A stretch of 63,852 nt of DNA, the filler included, from Octopus bimaculoides (lineage: Eukaryota): assembly GCF_001194135.2 (NCBI RefSeq). It is 6 parts of 6 records of this genome, joined end to end, with 100 filler letters (N's around TTAATTAATTAA, not from the genome) between each part and the next. Parts side by side here need not be neighbours in the genome. Positions count along the whole stretch, not along the records: positions 21,406 to 43,840 come from NC_068983.1; positions 43,941 to 56,738 come from NC_069002.1; 4 more parts are not named here. One strand, given 5' to 3'. Position numbers and translations under genes: made by a program. Position 1 is the first letter of the stretch. Each line of letters opens with the position of its first letter. Below are positions 38,654-52,085 of the stretch, in pieces. The notes beneath the pieces are model-generated. The model made no database searches. It was not told where the DNA came from and saw only the letters and a list, made by a program, of their open reading frames with translations.

Positions 38654-39281
38654 NNNNNNNNNNNNNNNNNNNNNNNNNNNNNNNNNNNNNNNNNNNNNNN
38701 NNNNNNNNNNNNNNNNNNNNNNNNNNNNNNNNNNNNNNNNNNNNNNNNNNNNNNNNNNNNNNNNNNNNNNNNNNNNNNNNNNNNNNNNNNNNNNNNNNNN
38801 NNNNNNNNNNNNNNNNNNNNNNNNNNNNNNNNNNNNNNNNNNNNNNNNNNNNNNNNNNNNNNNNNNNNNNNNNNNNNNNNNNNNNNNNGGGGGAGAGCTA
38901 GTGAGATAAAGGGTTGACAATAAAGAGGCGTGAAAAAGGGATAGGGGGTAGGCTATTTAACTGTGTTGGTCGTTTAACAGAAAGAAATAAGAGCGTATTT
39001 GTTTGTTTGTTTGTTTGTTTGAGCGCACGTATATGTACGTACGTGCGTGCGTGTGCGCGTGCAAGTGCGTGTCCGTGTGTGTGTGTGTGTGTGTGTGTGT
39101 GAAAATGTCATGTCCTCCAGAATAACTTCATCTGACGAGGGAATGGACTATAATTAGACTAACGGAACGTTTTGAAGATATTTCGAGACTTTGTGTCTGT
39201 ATTTATTACAGATAAATGTGGACACGCAAAGATAGAAATATAGAGTTGGCCAAAAGCCACGCACCAAAGCATTTGGAATTA

Positions 39282-39312
<31 letters not shown>

Positions 39313-39314
<2 letters not shown>

Positions 39315-39525
39315 AGCGATGAGCTGGCAGAATAGTTTGTGCACTGGACGAAATGCTTAGCGGTATTTCGTCCGTCGCTACGTTTTGAGTTGAAATCCCG
39401 CCCAGGTCGACTTTTCCTTTCATCCTTTCGGGGTCGATAAATTAAGTACCAGTGAAATACTAGGGTTGATGCAATCGACTAGTCCCCTCTCCACAAATTT
39501 CAGGCCTTGTGCCTTCAGTAGAAAT
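39313..39525 (+). mobile_element. tRNA-derived SINE family B, full length, within (ATT)n
   Basis: gcgatgagctggcagaa...ggtcgacttttcctttcatcctttcggggtcgataaattaagtaccag...caggccttgtgcc; (ATT)n on both sides. Confidence 0.8.
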
Positions 39526-39846
39526 TATTATTATTATTCATTTTGTTTTTAGCATTATTTTATATATTTTATTTAATTTTAGAACAACTGAAGCATGAAC
39601 TTATTTTGTGCGTCACCTTTGGCCCACCCTGCGTGTGTGTGTGCGTGTGTGTGTGTGTGTGTGAGTATGTTACACGACTGGTTTCCACACTCAGAAGGCA
39701 TTGGTCGGGCTGGCGCTATAGAAGGAGACACTTGCCCAAGGTGCCGCGCAAAGCGAGTTCCTTAACCACACGGCGATGCCTGCACCATAGTTTAAATTAT
39801 ATACCATGACTTGCCACAGTTTAAATTATTGCAAGTCAACAATATA

Positions 39847-40256
39847 GGTGCAGGATTGGCTGTGTGGTAAGTAGCTTGCTTACCAACCACATGGTTCCGG
39901 GTTAAGTCCCACTGCGTGACACCTTCAGCAAATGTCTTCTACCATAGCCTCGGGCCGACCAAAGCCTGGTGAGTGGATTTGGTAGACGGAAACTGAAAGA
40001 AGCCCGTTGCATATATGTATATATATATGTATGTGTGTGTATATGTTTGTGTGTGTTTGTCCCCCCAACATCGCTTGACAACCGATGCTGGTGTGTTTAG
40101 GTCCCCGTAACTTAGCAGTTCGGCAAAAGAGACCGATAGAATAAGTACTAGGCTTACAAAGAATAAGTCTTGGGGTCGATTTGTTCGACTGAAGGCAGTG
40201 CTCCAGCATGGCCACAGTCAAATGACTGAAACAAGTAAAAGAGTAAAGAGTAAAAG
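39847..40256 (+). mobile_element. tRNA-derived SINE family A, full length
   Basis: A box TGGCTGTGTGG, B-box-like GGTTAAGTCCC, internal (TA)/(TG) microsatellite, tail GTGCTCCAGCATGGCCACAGTCAAATGACTGAAACAAGTAAAAGAG; about 20 related pieces in the window. Confidence 0.85.
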
Positions 40257-41684
40257 TATTAGCGCGAAAGTCATGAAACGGGAGGAGATACCAGAGGGAT
40301 CGATGTTTTGGGGAAGAAAGGACTGAGCGTAATGATTAGTCCTTCCTCCTCAAGAACATCATCCCTCTGGAACGTGTAGTTAGTGCAGGACCTAGGGCAA
40401 CTATAGTACAAGACCAGTCTTCTCCGAGGCTATAGCAGGAGACACTTACCTAAGGTGCCGCGCAGTGGGACTGAAACCGAAACCCCGTGGTTGCAAAGCG
40501 AGCTTCTAAACCACATAAGCACGCCTGCGCCTATTGATGTAGAAAGAATAAAGTCAAAGTTGACCACGGTAGGATTTGAACTCAAAAATGCAGAGAATAG
40601 GGATAAAATCCGCAAAGTACTTATTCAAATACTTTAACATATCTCCAAGCGTAGAACCTTTGGAATTTATTTTCCGAAGATTTTATTCCGAAGTGCGAAG
40701 TCCTTACTATGAATTGGTAATAAAGATGGAGACGTAAAATGTTTTTAAATATTCTCTAAGCATTTTGCGCTGTTGTTTAACCCCAGTCAATCCTTATCTG
40801 AGAGACTTATAATCAATGGAATTCCATCCATGACTAACCCACCTTTTTCATGAGATTTGTGTATCTAGGACTATATTATCCAATTTGTGACTCCTATTTC
40901 GAGGCAGTGTGATGTAATTCGAAAAGTATTTGGCTGTTGTATTTAGTAGGTCAGGCAACCTCGTTAATACTCTTTCATTCGCAGGAAAACAAACAAGAAA
41001 AAAAAATAGGAAAAAGAAAGGAAAACTACCCGCAGCCGTTCAGACTTCCACATATCATATTACAGATATACATCTACATACATAAAAACATCGAAGTAGG
41101 GATTACAATTAACTTAATTTTGTACTGTGGTACCAAGGTCATCCCTACAGTGAATCTGCACTCCAACCCGCCATCTCTCACCCCCCCTCTCTCTCTCTCT
41201 CTGCCAATTTCCTCGTCGGTGGCACCGAGTGCACCAGTCTGGAATGTAGCAGACTGGTTGACTGACGGGTGTGCGACTTTAGTAAACACATTTTAGTCTC
41301 ACTGTAAAAAAAAAGTAGCAACTGTAGTTAATCCATTTGTTTTTATCTGTATAACTAGAAACGAAAAAAATGCAAAAGAGCAACCAGCTTCTGCGTTTAT
41401 TTACCGCTTCATCAGCAGTGATGAAAGCTCGTTTTATTCCTTTTTGCCTTATTATAANNNNNNNNNNNNNNNNNNNNNNNNNNNNNNNNNNNNNNNNNNN
41501 NNNNNNNNNNNNNNNNNNNNNNNNNNNNNNNNNNNNNNNNNNNNNNNNNNNNNNNNNNNNNNNNNNNNNNNNNNNNNNNNNNNNNNNNNNNNNNNNNNNN
41601 NNNNNNNNNNNNNNNNNNNNNNNNNNNNNNNNNNNNNNNNNNNNNNNNNNNNNNNNNNNNNNNNNNNNNNNNNNNNNNNNNNNN

Positions 41685-41713
<29 letters not shown>

Positions 41714-41716
<3 letters not shown>

Positions 41717-41875
41717 CAGGAGTGGCTGTGTGGTAAGTAGCTTGCTTACCAACCACATGGTTCCGGGTTCATTCCCACTGCGTGGCACCTTGGGCAAGTG
41801 TCTTCTACTATAGCCTCGGGCCGACCAAAGCCTCGTGAGTGGATTTGGTAGACGGAAACTGAAACCTGTCGTATA
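41714..41875 (+). mobile_element. SINE A 5' part
   Basis: gtgcaggagtggctgtgtggtaag...gacggaaactgaaa. Confidence 0.8.
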
Positions 41876-42191
41876 TCTGAAATAAACTCGACTGCTCTCA
41901 CAAACGAGAATATTAAAAATGAACCCCACCGCTCTCAAAAATTAAGTAAAAAAAAAAATAACAGGAAAAATAATCCAGAATGTTTGTCCGGTATTGGATC
42001 GATCCCAAAATCTAATCGGGTCATGCCAGTCTCGAAAGTTTCATCAGAATCTATCCAGCGGTTCTTGAAATATCTTGTCCACAGACAAGCAAACAAACAA
42101 ACACGACTGAAAATAATACCTCTGCCTTTGCTAAGGCAGAGGTAATAATAAAAAGAAAAAATACAAAAGGGACATGATGAAGCATTACGCA

Positions 42192-42922
42192 ACAAGGGAC
42201 TACACAATCAATTCCGTGTAGCCCCAACAGAAGTTGCTGGAAAATATAGGTTGGATTGGCTGAAGAAAGCGACACTGAAAAAAGAGATTGAGAGCACTAT
42301 AGCGGCAGCACAAGACCAAGCTTTGGCTATGAATTGGAGAATCAACCTTAGAAATGAACAAGTGTCTCCACGGTGCGGCATCTGTAATAGAGTGGACGAA
42401 ACCATTGCCCATATCGCGAACAAATGCCCTAGACTTGCTCCAAACCACTATCGTGGCGACACGATAAAGTAGCGAAAGTGCTACATTGGAAGCTGCAAAA
42501 AGTGAGGGCTAGGGAGAGGCAAGGCGTAATATGAGCAAAAACAGCAGAGCGTGACGGAGTCGGAGACCTGCAAAATCCTCATTGATTTTCAAATCCAAAC
42601 AGATGAGGCGATAGAGCATAACAGACCGAACCTAGTGGTGGTGGGTAAAATGTACCACATGTACTATATAGTTGATGTTGCGTGCCCCCTTTGACCCACG
42701 AATAATCAAGAAAGAAGACAAAAAATAGATATATACAATCCTCTAAAGTACGAAATAGCCCGCGTATAGAAAATGAAGAAGGTGAAGATAGTGCCAATTA
42801 TTGTTGGGTCCTTGGGGACAGCATCAGACGGCATCAAGAGGAATATAAAGGAAATTGGAATAGGGTGCCCAATAGAACTGTTACAAAAGATTTGCCTCCT
42901 TAGCTCGTCCAGAATAATCAGG
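42192..42922 (+). mobile_element. Degraded R4-like REL LINE 3' fragment
   Basis: WLKKATLKKEIESTIAAAQDQAL...CGICNRVDETIAHIANKC, HDKVAKVLHWKL, IQTDEAIEHNRPNLVV, IVDVACPFD, KIVPIIVGSLG; frameshifts and stops. Confidence 0.85.
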
Positions 42923-43280
42923 ATGTATGTATATGTGTGTATAAAAATATATATGTATGTATGTATGTTTGTATGCATTTATGTATGTGTGTATGCATTT
43001 ATGTGTGTATGCGTAGGCATTTATGTATGTATGCATTTATGTATGTACGTATGAATGTGTGTATGCATTTGTGTATATATGTATGTACGTATGCATTTAT
43101 GTATGTATCTATGCATTTATGTATGTATGCATTTATATATGTATCTATGTATGTATGCATTTATGTATGTACGAATGTATGAATGCATTTATGTATGTAC
43201 GTATGAATGTATGTATGCATTTGTGTATGTACGTATGTATGTATGCATTTACGTATGTATGCATGCATGTATGTATGTAT
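42923..43280 (+). repeat. Complex (TATG)-derived minisatellite with periodic GCATT
   Basis: Recurrent tatgtatgtatgcatt units interleaved with gtacgtatgaat variants. Confidence 0.85.
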
Positions 43281-43776
43281 TAAGATGGCAGGATGTAGTT
43301 TAATGGAAAATTGGATGCTGTGTGTAGCAGGTTTGTTTTGTCCGACGCTATTTCCTGCGTCAACTGTAACATTAAAATATCTGTTGCATTCGTTTGTGTT
43401 TTTTTACATTATCTGATCAACTCCCTCGCTATAATATAGGTTTGAAATAAACAGTTTTGTTATAGAATACTGAGAAACGTCGAAAATAGAAATGTCATTT
43501 GTGTAAGCCAATACAATTAACCTTCGTATAAGGTATGATAACTTTGAAAACATGTAATACCATTACTAGTGAGGAGTACAGCATACATAAAAAGACCTTC
43601 TGTATTTACACCTCATATTTCCCCGCGTTTCAATATAGAATTCTAACACTAGCTGGAAGACATTGGATACGCACATACTCTGACTGACTGTCTGTGTCCG
43701 TCTGTCTGCCTACCTGCCTCTCTCTCTCTCCTTCTCTTTCTTTCTCTCTCTCGCTCTCTCACCCTCAATCTCTCTC

Positions 43777-43840
<64 letters not shown>

Positions 43841-43940
43841 NNNNNNNNNNNNNNNNNNNNNNNNNNNNNNNNNNNNNNNNNNNNTTAATTAATTAANNNN
43901 NNNNNNNNNNNNNNNNNNNNNNNNNNNNNNNNNNNNNNNN

Positions 43941-43985
<45 letters not shown>

Positions 43986-44936
43986 AAGGACCTGATGGAG
44001 GGGACCCTGCTGGACTCTACAGCTGTATCGTGAGACTGATGGTGGAAGTCCCAGTGTTTCTAATCATGGAGGAGTCCTATCATATACTTGCTTTAAGTCT
44101 AAGTAAAAGACAGAAATGCTTAAGTCGCAAACTGTTTGGTTATATACAGCAATAACAAGTGATGGAACCTTATGAGGTTATATTCACAGACCACATAACT
44201 CCAAATTGTTTTACGTGCTTTGAAAGTGCAATGAAATATGACATCTCAGCTCGTTATGACATGACCTTTGGAACCAGCATCTCTGAAATTTGTCAAGGAA
44301 CAATTGTTACCCTTTAGTCAGCCAGAAACATACTAGGCAGTGGAACTAGTTTTAAGTGTTAAGATGGAAAAAACAAAAGGAAATTTTAGAAAAAAATACC
44401 CAAATACTTTTTTATGAATTTCAAAGAACATGTAAAGTTGTGTTGCAGGAATAATTTTAAATGATCAAAGAGATGTATGAATATACATAATAGTATATAT
44501 ATGTATATATATGTGTGTGTGTGTGTGTGTGTTTGTGTGTGTGTGCATAAAATAAATGAAGCGGGATAGTTGTTGGCTCAACACACACACAGGGACAGAC
44601 AGACAGACAGACACACACACACACACACACACACGCGGACAGACAGACACACACACACACACGGACAGAGACACACACACACACACAGACACAAACATTT
44701 TGTTAACTGGCTTCCGCATACTTCACGTCTACCAAATTTCATTAAAACCGCTTCAGTTGGCCCAGTGGCGATGAGTGAAGACACTTGCTCAAGGTGTTGT
44801 GCAGTGGGATGATTGGAGGACTTGGAACTACATTGTTAGGAAATGGCTGTTAATGACACAGTCATGCCTGCAGCAGTTTATGTTGATTATAAGTTGATAG
44901 AATGAACATAAAAATTAATTGGAAAGTTATTTTGGG

Positions 44937-44988
44937 TTAGAGACTGTCAATTTAATTTAGAGACTGTCAATTTAATTTAGAGACAGTA
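44937..44988 (+). repeat. 20-bp tandem duplication
   Basis: TTAGAGACTGTCAATTTAAT twice plus a partial third copy. Confidence 0.85.
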
Positions 44989-46191
44989 TGATAGTTGACA
45001 AATTAATTCTCCTTTGAGAATGTTCGTTAGTTTGGTTGTTTCAGAATTGGAACTCTGTATAGAAATGTCTCTTTGAATTGTCAAAAATTGGAAATTGATA
45101 TTAATATGTTACAAAAGACAGTATTATCCTACTAAAGCTTTTATCAAACTACAGCTTTGAATAATCAAATGCTGTGTAAATAAATATATACAATATAATC
45201 AATACATATTAATTAGCTCGTTATTAAGGAACACTAAATACCAAAGTTATCTGAGAGTTACATAAAAAAAAAAAGATTGAAACCTAAAGAAATGATTCTA
45301 AGGAGGTAGGAGAAGGAATACTAAAAAATGTACAAGATTTATTTCAATGAAAATCTATAATGGGCTTTTGTTTGAGTATATAAATAAAATATATCTGTAA
45401 GCCATTGAATAAAAGATAAATAAAATGATACTAAAATGAAACTTAATATTTTCTTTCTATAAATTTTTATTACTTAGATGCTGAAAAAATAGATAATCAT
45501 AAATCCAAATGAGTTTCTTTTGTTTTATGAACGTTCCTTCCCATACCTGTAAAGTTACATACAGTCTTAGCTAGACAATATTTTTAACAAACAATAAATC
45601 AATATTATATTTGACAATTAAATAAAAGAATCAATTTCTCAAAACCCTTGTGTGATATTTTCTATTTTTACCTTGAGATTACAAACAAACGAAGAAGAAA
45701 AAAAAATTTCTAAGAAAAAGAAAACGACAAAAAAAAAAACAAAAAAAAAACAATGAAACAAAATTGATGGGAAATTGAATGTACAAGAGAAAAAAAATTC
45801 TGAAAGAAACATTAAAATATAATTGTGCATTAACTGAAGTGCATAAATCTTTTATTAAGGTGTTTCAGGGAAACAAAAAAAATAAATAAAATTAGGCTCT
45901 AAAAAAAACATTCCGTGTGTATAAAATTCTGGTTAAGTTAAAATTACTACACTATATGTGACAGCATGCTAAAACAGAGATTGTCAAAAATCTCTGAAGA
46001 TATATAAATGTGTGGCATATAAAAAATAATATCACATAAAAAATATAATATACATTCACATAAAAAAAATAATAAAATTTATTATTACTATTGTTATTTT
46101 TCTTCTTTGATTTTTTTGGTTATTCATGGCTGAATTATTCTCTATTTGCTTATAACATATGTCAGTTTGAACTCTATTTTCCTTTTATTAT

Positions 46192-46279
<88 letters not shown>

Positions 46280-46792
46280 CATACACACACATGGAAAATA
46301 GATAATAGTTACATATGCACACACACACACACACACACATGCACCTGTACACATATACACACTTTTACATCTATATTAACATGTGTTTTTGTATAATTAC
46401 ATATTTGTTTAGTTTTATGTCAGCCTTTGTCAAACAGACATATGCTGAAAAGCATTCCAACCATCCCTGTTTTTCCTTCAGATACAACATAGTGAGAACA
46501 ACATTATCCAATGTGTCCGGCACTTTTTAATACCATATGGTATTATTCATGGAAAATTTAGCTGCTCCTTGCAAGCTAAATGAATTCTCATGCTGAGGGT
46601 GGGCTTGGATCATTTTATACATTAAACTAAGTATATAAATTGTTTAAAATTTGAGCTGTGCAACAACAACAACAACAAAAAAAAAAAGACTTGGTAATAC
46701 TAGAAATGCCAACTAAGTGAATAAATGTAATTTAATTTACATAAACATATCTTAAGTGTTAAGATAAAAGAAATTAATTTCCAAAAATATCA

Positions 46793-47000
46793 TCATTTTA
46801 ATGTCCACTTTGCCATGCTTGTACAGGTCAGTCCTGATTTGCTGGAGCAGATTTTTTTTTAGCTGGATGACCTTTCCCATCGCCAACCCTTAACAGTTTT
46901 CAAATCAGCTAAAATTTCCCCTTGGTGAGAGACATTTTCACCAAAGATTGCAAATGAACAACACTGCTGTATGAGAGTGACAACTGTCAACTGTTAACAA
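46793..47000 (-). mobile_element. Dispersed repeat remnant ending in (GAT)n; second copy at about 52590-52790
   Basis: Both copies share catcat...atgct/agctggcatggg and agctggatgaccttt; retroposon-tail-like; family not established. Confidence 0.45.
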
Positions 47001-47242
47001 GACAAGCAAACACAAACACACACATACATACATGTATGTCTGTATGTATACATGAATGTAAATGGCCTTATTTCAGTGTCCATCTTGCAAATCCACTCAC
47101 AAGACTTTGGTTGGCCTAGGGTTAAAATTGCCTTAAGACACATGGCACATTTTATACTCAAATTTACTCTTACAGGAACTCACGTCTTTTTGGTACTATG
47201 TTATCAAAATTGGTATTAATATTATTAATTATGTATTAATAT

Positions 47243-47587
47243 GTGAAAGTGCATGGCTCAGTGGTTAGAGTGCTGGGCTCACAGACATGAGGTAGTGAGT
47301 CCAATTCCTGGACCAGGCTGTGCGATGTAATCTTGAGCGAGACACTTTATTTCATGCTGCTCTATTTCACTCAGCTGCAGAAATGAGTTGTGATGTCACT
47401 GGTGCCAAGCTGTATCGGTCTTTGCCTTTCCCTTGGATAACATCGATGGCACCGAAAGAAGAGGCTGGTATGTATGAGTGACTGCTGGTTATCCATAAAC
47501 AACTTTACCCGCACTTGTGCCTCAGAAGGGAACTTTCTAGGTGCAACCCCATGGTCATTCATGACTGAAGGGGGTCTTTATCCTTTT
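47243..47587 (+). mobile_element. tRNA-derived SINE family D
   Basis: A box tggctcagtgg, B-box-like gagtccaattcc, central cttgagcgagacacttt...cactcagctg, end ggtcattcatgactgaa. Confidence 0.6.
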
Positions 47588-48212
47588 TATGTATTAATAA
47601 GACATTATAACAAAGAATCCCAACACCACAACTTCAAATATTCTTGTTAAGTTTAAACAGCCAAGACTATTTCCTGGTTAAGTGTTAAAGAAAACAAATT
47701 TAAATTACAAGGCATGTATTTAGTTAGATATGAGTACTGCAGTTAAATAAAAATGGGCATCAGCAAAAAATTAGTTGTGCAATTACAGAAAAAAAATATA
47801 TATATGTAAAGATGCATGTTAAGATGAAAAGAATAAAGAAAATTTGATTACAGTTTTGTTAAGTGCACAAGAGAATGAGAGGCAAAAATAAACAACGAAA
47901 ACACTATATGGTCAAAGACCATTCCATGTTAAAAAAGAGAAAAAAAATAAGAAGTGCTTAGCTATATATATATATAATAATAATAAAAAAAAAAATTTGC
48001 ATGTATGGAAAGGAGTAATTATAAATACCTTCATGACCTGGTAAAAATGAAAGATAAAAATATTGTAATATGTAATCTTGATAACGACTCAGATAATTAG
48101 GAATTGCAACAACAAAATCTTATATAATATTTTAGTTAATTTTTAATATTACTTTTTTCTTTTGCATCTATTATAAATATGTGCGTGAGTATGCATGTGT
48201 GTATATATATAC

Positions 48213-48245
<33 letters not shown>

Positions 48246-48301
48246 CACACACATAAATGTGTATATATATATAAATATATACACACACATATATATATTT
48301 A

Positions 48302-48339
<38 letters not shown>

Positions 48340-48520
48340 CATACACACATACACATATATATATATTTTGGATTCATGCGACTGATTGATACAAAAACAT
48401 GAAAATGATGTTTAAAAATATTAAATGCATAGATGAAGAGAATTATGAAAATTGATGCTTTTTATAACCTTCAGAAAAAGGACTCAATACACATAAAGAA
48501 CACACACACACATGCACAAT

Positions 48521-48579
<59 letters not shown>

Positions 48580-48607
48580 ATATGTATTCATATAAGCATG
48601 AATACAT

Positions 48608-48638
<31 letters not shown>

Positions 48639-49144
48639 CATACATACATACATATCTACATTTAAGCATGTACACGTATATGTTTGGGTCTATATGACTA
48701 TATATTTGCACATATATGTGTGTGTGCACAAATATAGCTGTCCGTATAACTATATATACACACACACATACATGCATGCATGTATAATTATATATATGCA
48801 TATGTTTATATATCTATATACATACACGCATATGTGTATATGTGTACGAGTGTGTGTGTGTATATGTATATATATATTTATATATGTATACACACACACA
48901 CTCAGAGTCACATACATGTTTATATCTATCTCTTTATAGAAATAAATAGATACATACAAATGTAAGGTAGGAATAACGATATAGAAACTTTCTAACATGT
49001 AGGCGTAAAACATATATGGAAATATGCTAGAGAAATAATTAAAGCAAAATCTGACAAAAAAGTCAAAAGGAAATATTGAGTAACATAGACATGTTTAAAT
49101 ATGATAATAATATATATATATTGTGATACATACAAATATGTATG

Positions 49145-49201
<57 letters not shown>

Positions 49202-49972
49202 GCATGTATGCATACCCAAACACCATATATATCTCCATACACATTTGCACACTTACACTTTGATGTATATATATATATATATATATATGTGTATGTCTGT
49301 GTGTGTGTTTGTGCATGTTTGTGTTCTGGTATTTCTTATGCACACTTCAAGTTCACGTTAGATATTTTTCATTGGGATTTTTCTTTTAAATTAGCAGAAA
49401 AAAATTCCACAAGACTTTAAATACAGATCATGTATCATTGTACCATCAATGAATTATATATATATATGTACGTATATATATATATATATGTATGTACGTA
49501 TATAATTCCACAACCTTGTATAGATTACTATCATGTAGAAAAAAAAAACAGTCTAAATATCTGAAATGCTACATAAAGAGATTCATATAGATCTAAAAAA
49601 GACGAACGAAAAAAATTTAACTATAATCTATGAAAAACTAATGAGATAAAATAAATATCTCAATTAACAGAAATAAAGTCAGTGAGTACAGAATACTGAA
49701 AATTATATATATATATTTATTTATTTATAAATATATGTAACTTTTTTTTTTTACTCTCAAAAATTGGAATCTAAACTTGAAAAAACAAAATTTGGGCTAT
49801 TTTATGAATCTAAACAAAATAGAAAGGCTAAAAACTGCCTAAAAAGGAATTTATGCAAGCAAAGCAACAGCGCTAGTCATGACCAAACTATAAGAGAAGA
49901 AAATATACCCACCATTATAAGTATTTAAAAAATATATATATAGAATAGAAAATAAGAAATAGCTACAAATGA

Positions 49973-50033
<61 letters not shown>

Positions 50034-50297
50034 CATGTACATACATATTTGTATATATATATGTATATATATATATATATATATACATATACTTATACAT
50101 ATATAAGTATATATAGATATACATACTTGTATATATAATATATACTTTCACATACTTGTATGTATATATATATATATATAGATAGATAGATGTATATATG
50201 TGTATGTATATATATATATATATGTATGTATGTGTATATATATATATATTAATGTATATATATGTATGCGTGTGTGTGTATGTATGTGTATGTATAC

Positions 50298-50331
<34 letters not shown>

Positions 50332-50634
50332 GTGTATATGTGTGTGTGCATGAATGTACATATGTGTGTATAATTGATAACACTGTTCTATGATCAGTAG
50401 CAGATGAATGAAATTTAATTAATCAAATGTTTATTGTGTATGAAAAGTGAATCATTTAAATAATTGAATAACACTTTTTTTCCCTTTTTACTTCTGTATA
50501 ATACATTCTTGAAATAAATATAGGTGTTAGCTTGGCATCAGCATTAAATATGACAACTATATTTGCTAAAAGTCAAACACATAGGTTAAATATCATTTCT
50601 AATAATAATAATAATATATATATATATACACATG

Positions 50635-50690
<56 letters not shown>

Positions 50691-50868
50691 CAGACCATGT
50701 TTTAATTTTATTCAACTGATATACATACATATATAAACATACATATATAAACACACATATATATATGCACATATAAACATATACACACATGGATACATAC
50801 ACACACACATATTACATGGACATATATACATATATATATATATACATTCATACATATATATGTTTATA

Positions 50869-51006
<138 letters not shown>

Positions 51007-51477
51007 GAGAAACACACGTATATTTAGGTATATGTACGTATGTGCATATACACACGCACAAGCCCATACAATGCAACATACGGCAGGCAAAGTATCAACT
51101 CAAATATTATTTTTAAAAAAAGAAAAAAAGAAACAATGAGCTGATATCAAAATACAAAACCAAAACTACAACCTACAACTACCTACAAGTCATATATACT
51201 CTTAGTAACCTAAAATATGTATACACTTAGTAACCTAGATAGATATGCATATCATTAATGACTTGGAAATACTTACTCTTAATCTGTACAGTAAATAATC
51301 TAGAAATATGTAATCTTAACATATATATATATATATATACACTTCTAATAAACTATCAGTGCCAGTGCCACCTGACTGGCTTCTGTGCTAGTGGCACTTA
51401 AAAAGCTCAATTCGAGCGTGGTCGATGCCAGTGCTGCTTGACTGGCTCCCGTGCTGGTATGTGTTAATTTCCTTATG

Positions 51478-51560
51478 TCAATCAAAACTCGCTCCAAATT
51501 TGAATGTGAGAACTTCACTGAAGTAATGCTTTAACTTGCCTGTTATCTCAAACACCTGCT
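51478..51560 (-). CDS. Candidate terminal coding exon of the same unidentified gene
   Basis: ctttctgtttctggtcttcag| acceptor, phase 1, reads (E)QVFEITGKLKHYFSEVLTFKFGASFD-stop; phase-compatible with 54135-54269. Confidence 0.33.
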
Positions 51561-51789
51561 CTGAAGACCAGAAACAGAAAGAATAAGATAGAACAAGGGA
51601 GAGGAAGAGAGATTAGTTCATTGGTAGACTATTTTGTTCAAGAAGATGGTGACACACAGCTGCTCAGCCTGCAGAAAATAACAGCCAACTCTCTTACAAA
51701 TCACATCCTACAGTCTTAAAGGAAAGCTATATTGAGCATTATGATTTCTGATCTACAAACAGGAGTGACGCAAGTAAAACACCTTTCAT

Positions 51790-52085
51790 TATAGGATGAA
51801 AGTAAAGTTGACCTCAACAGAACTTGAACTCAGAATGTGAAAACAGACAAAATGCTGCTAAGCCTTTGCTTGGCGTGCTAATGATTCTGCCACATGGGTA
51901 GCAATTTTGGGAAGGGGATAAATCAGTTACATCGACCCCGGTGCATAACTGGTACTTATTTTATTGACCCTGAAAGGATGAGAGGCAAAGTTGACCTCTG
52001 TGGAATTTAAACTCAACAAAAAAGGCAGACATAATGCCGCAAAGCATTTTGTTCAATATGCTAACGATTCTGCCAGCTCACCACC
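51790..52085 (-). mobile_element. Two tandem diverged SINE B copies
   Basis: aaagttgacctc motif occurs twice, with ctgcc(a/ag) termini. Confidence 0.65.

Noticed and set aside
41221-41232. GGCACCGAGTGC resembling an sgRNA scaffold end
   Set aside because: The match is too short and the rest of the scaffold is absent; chance.
44160-44320. Short plus-strand ORF MEPYEVIFTDHITPNCFTCFES...
   Set aside because: About 50 codons, no splice support and no recognisable family.
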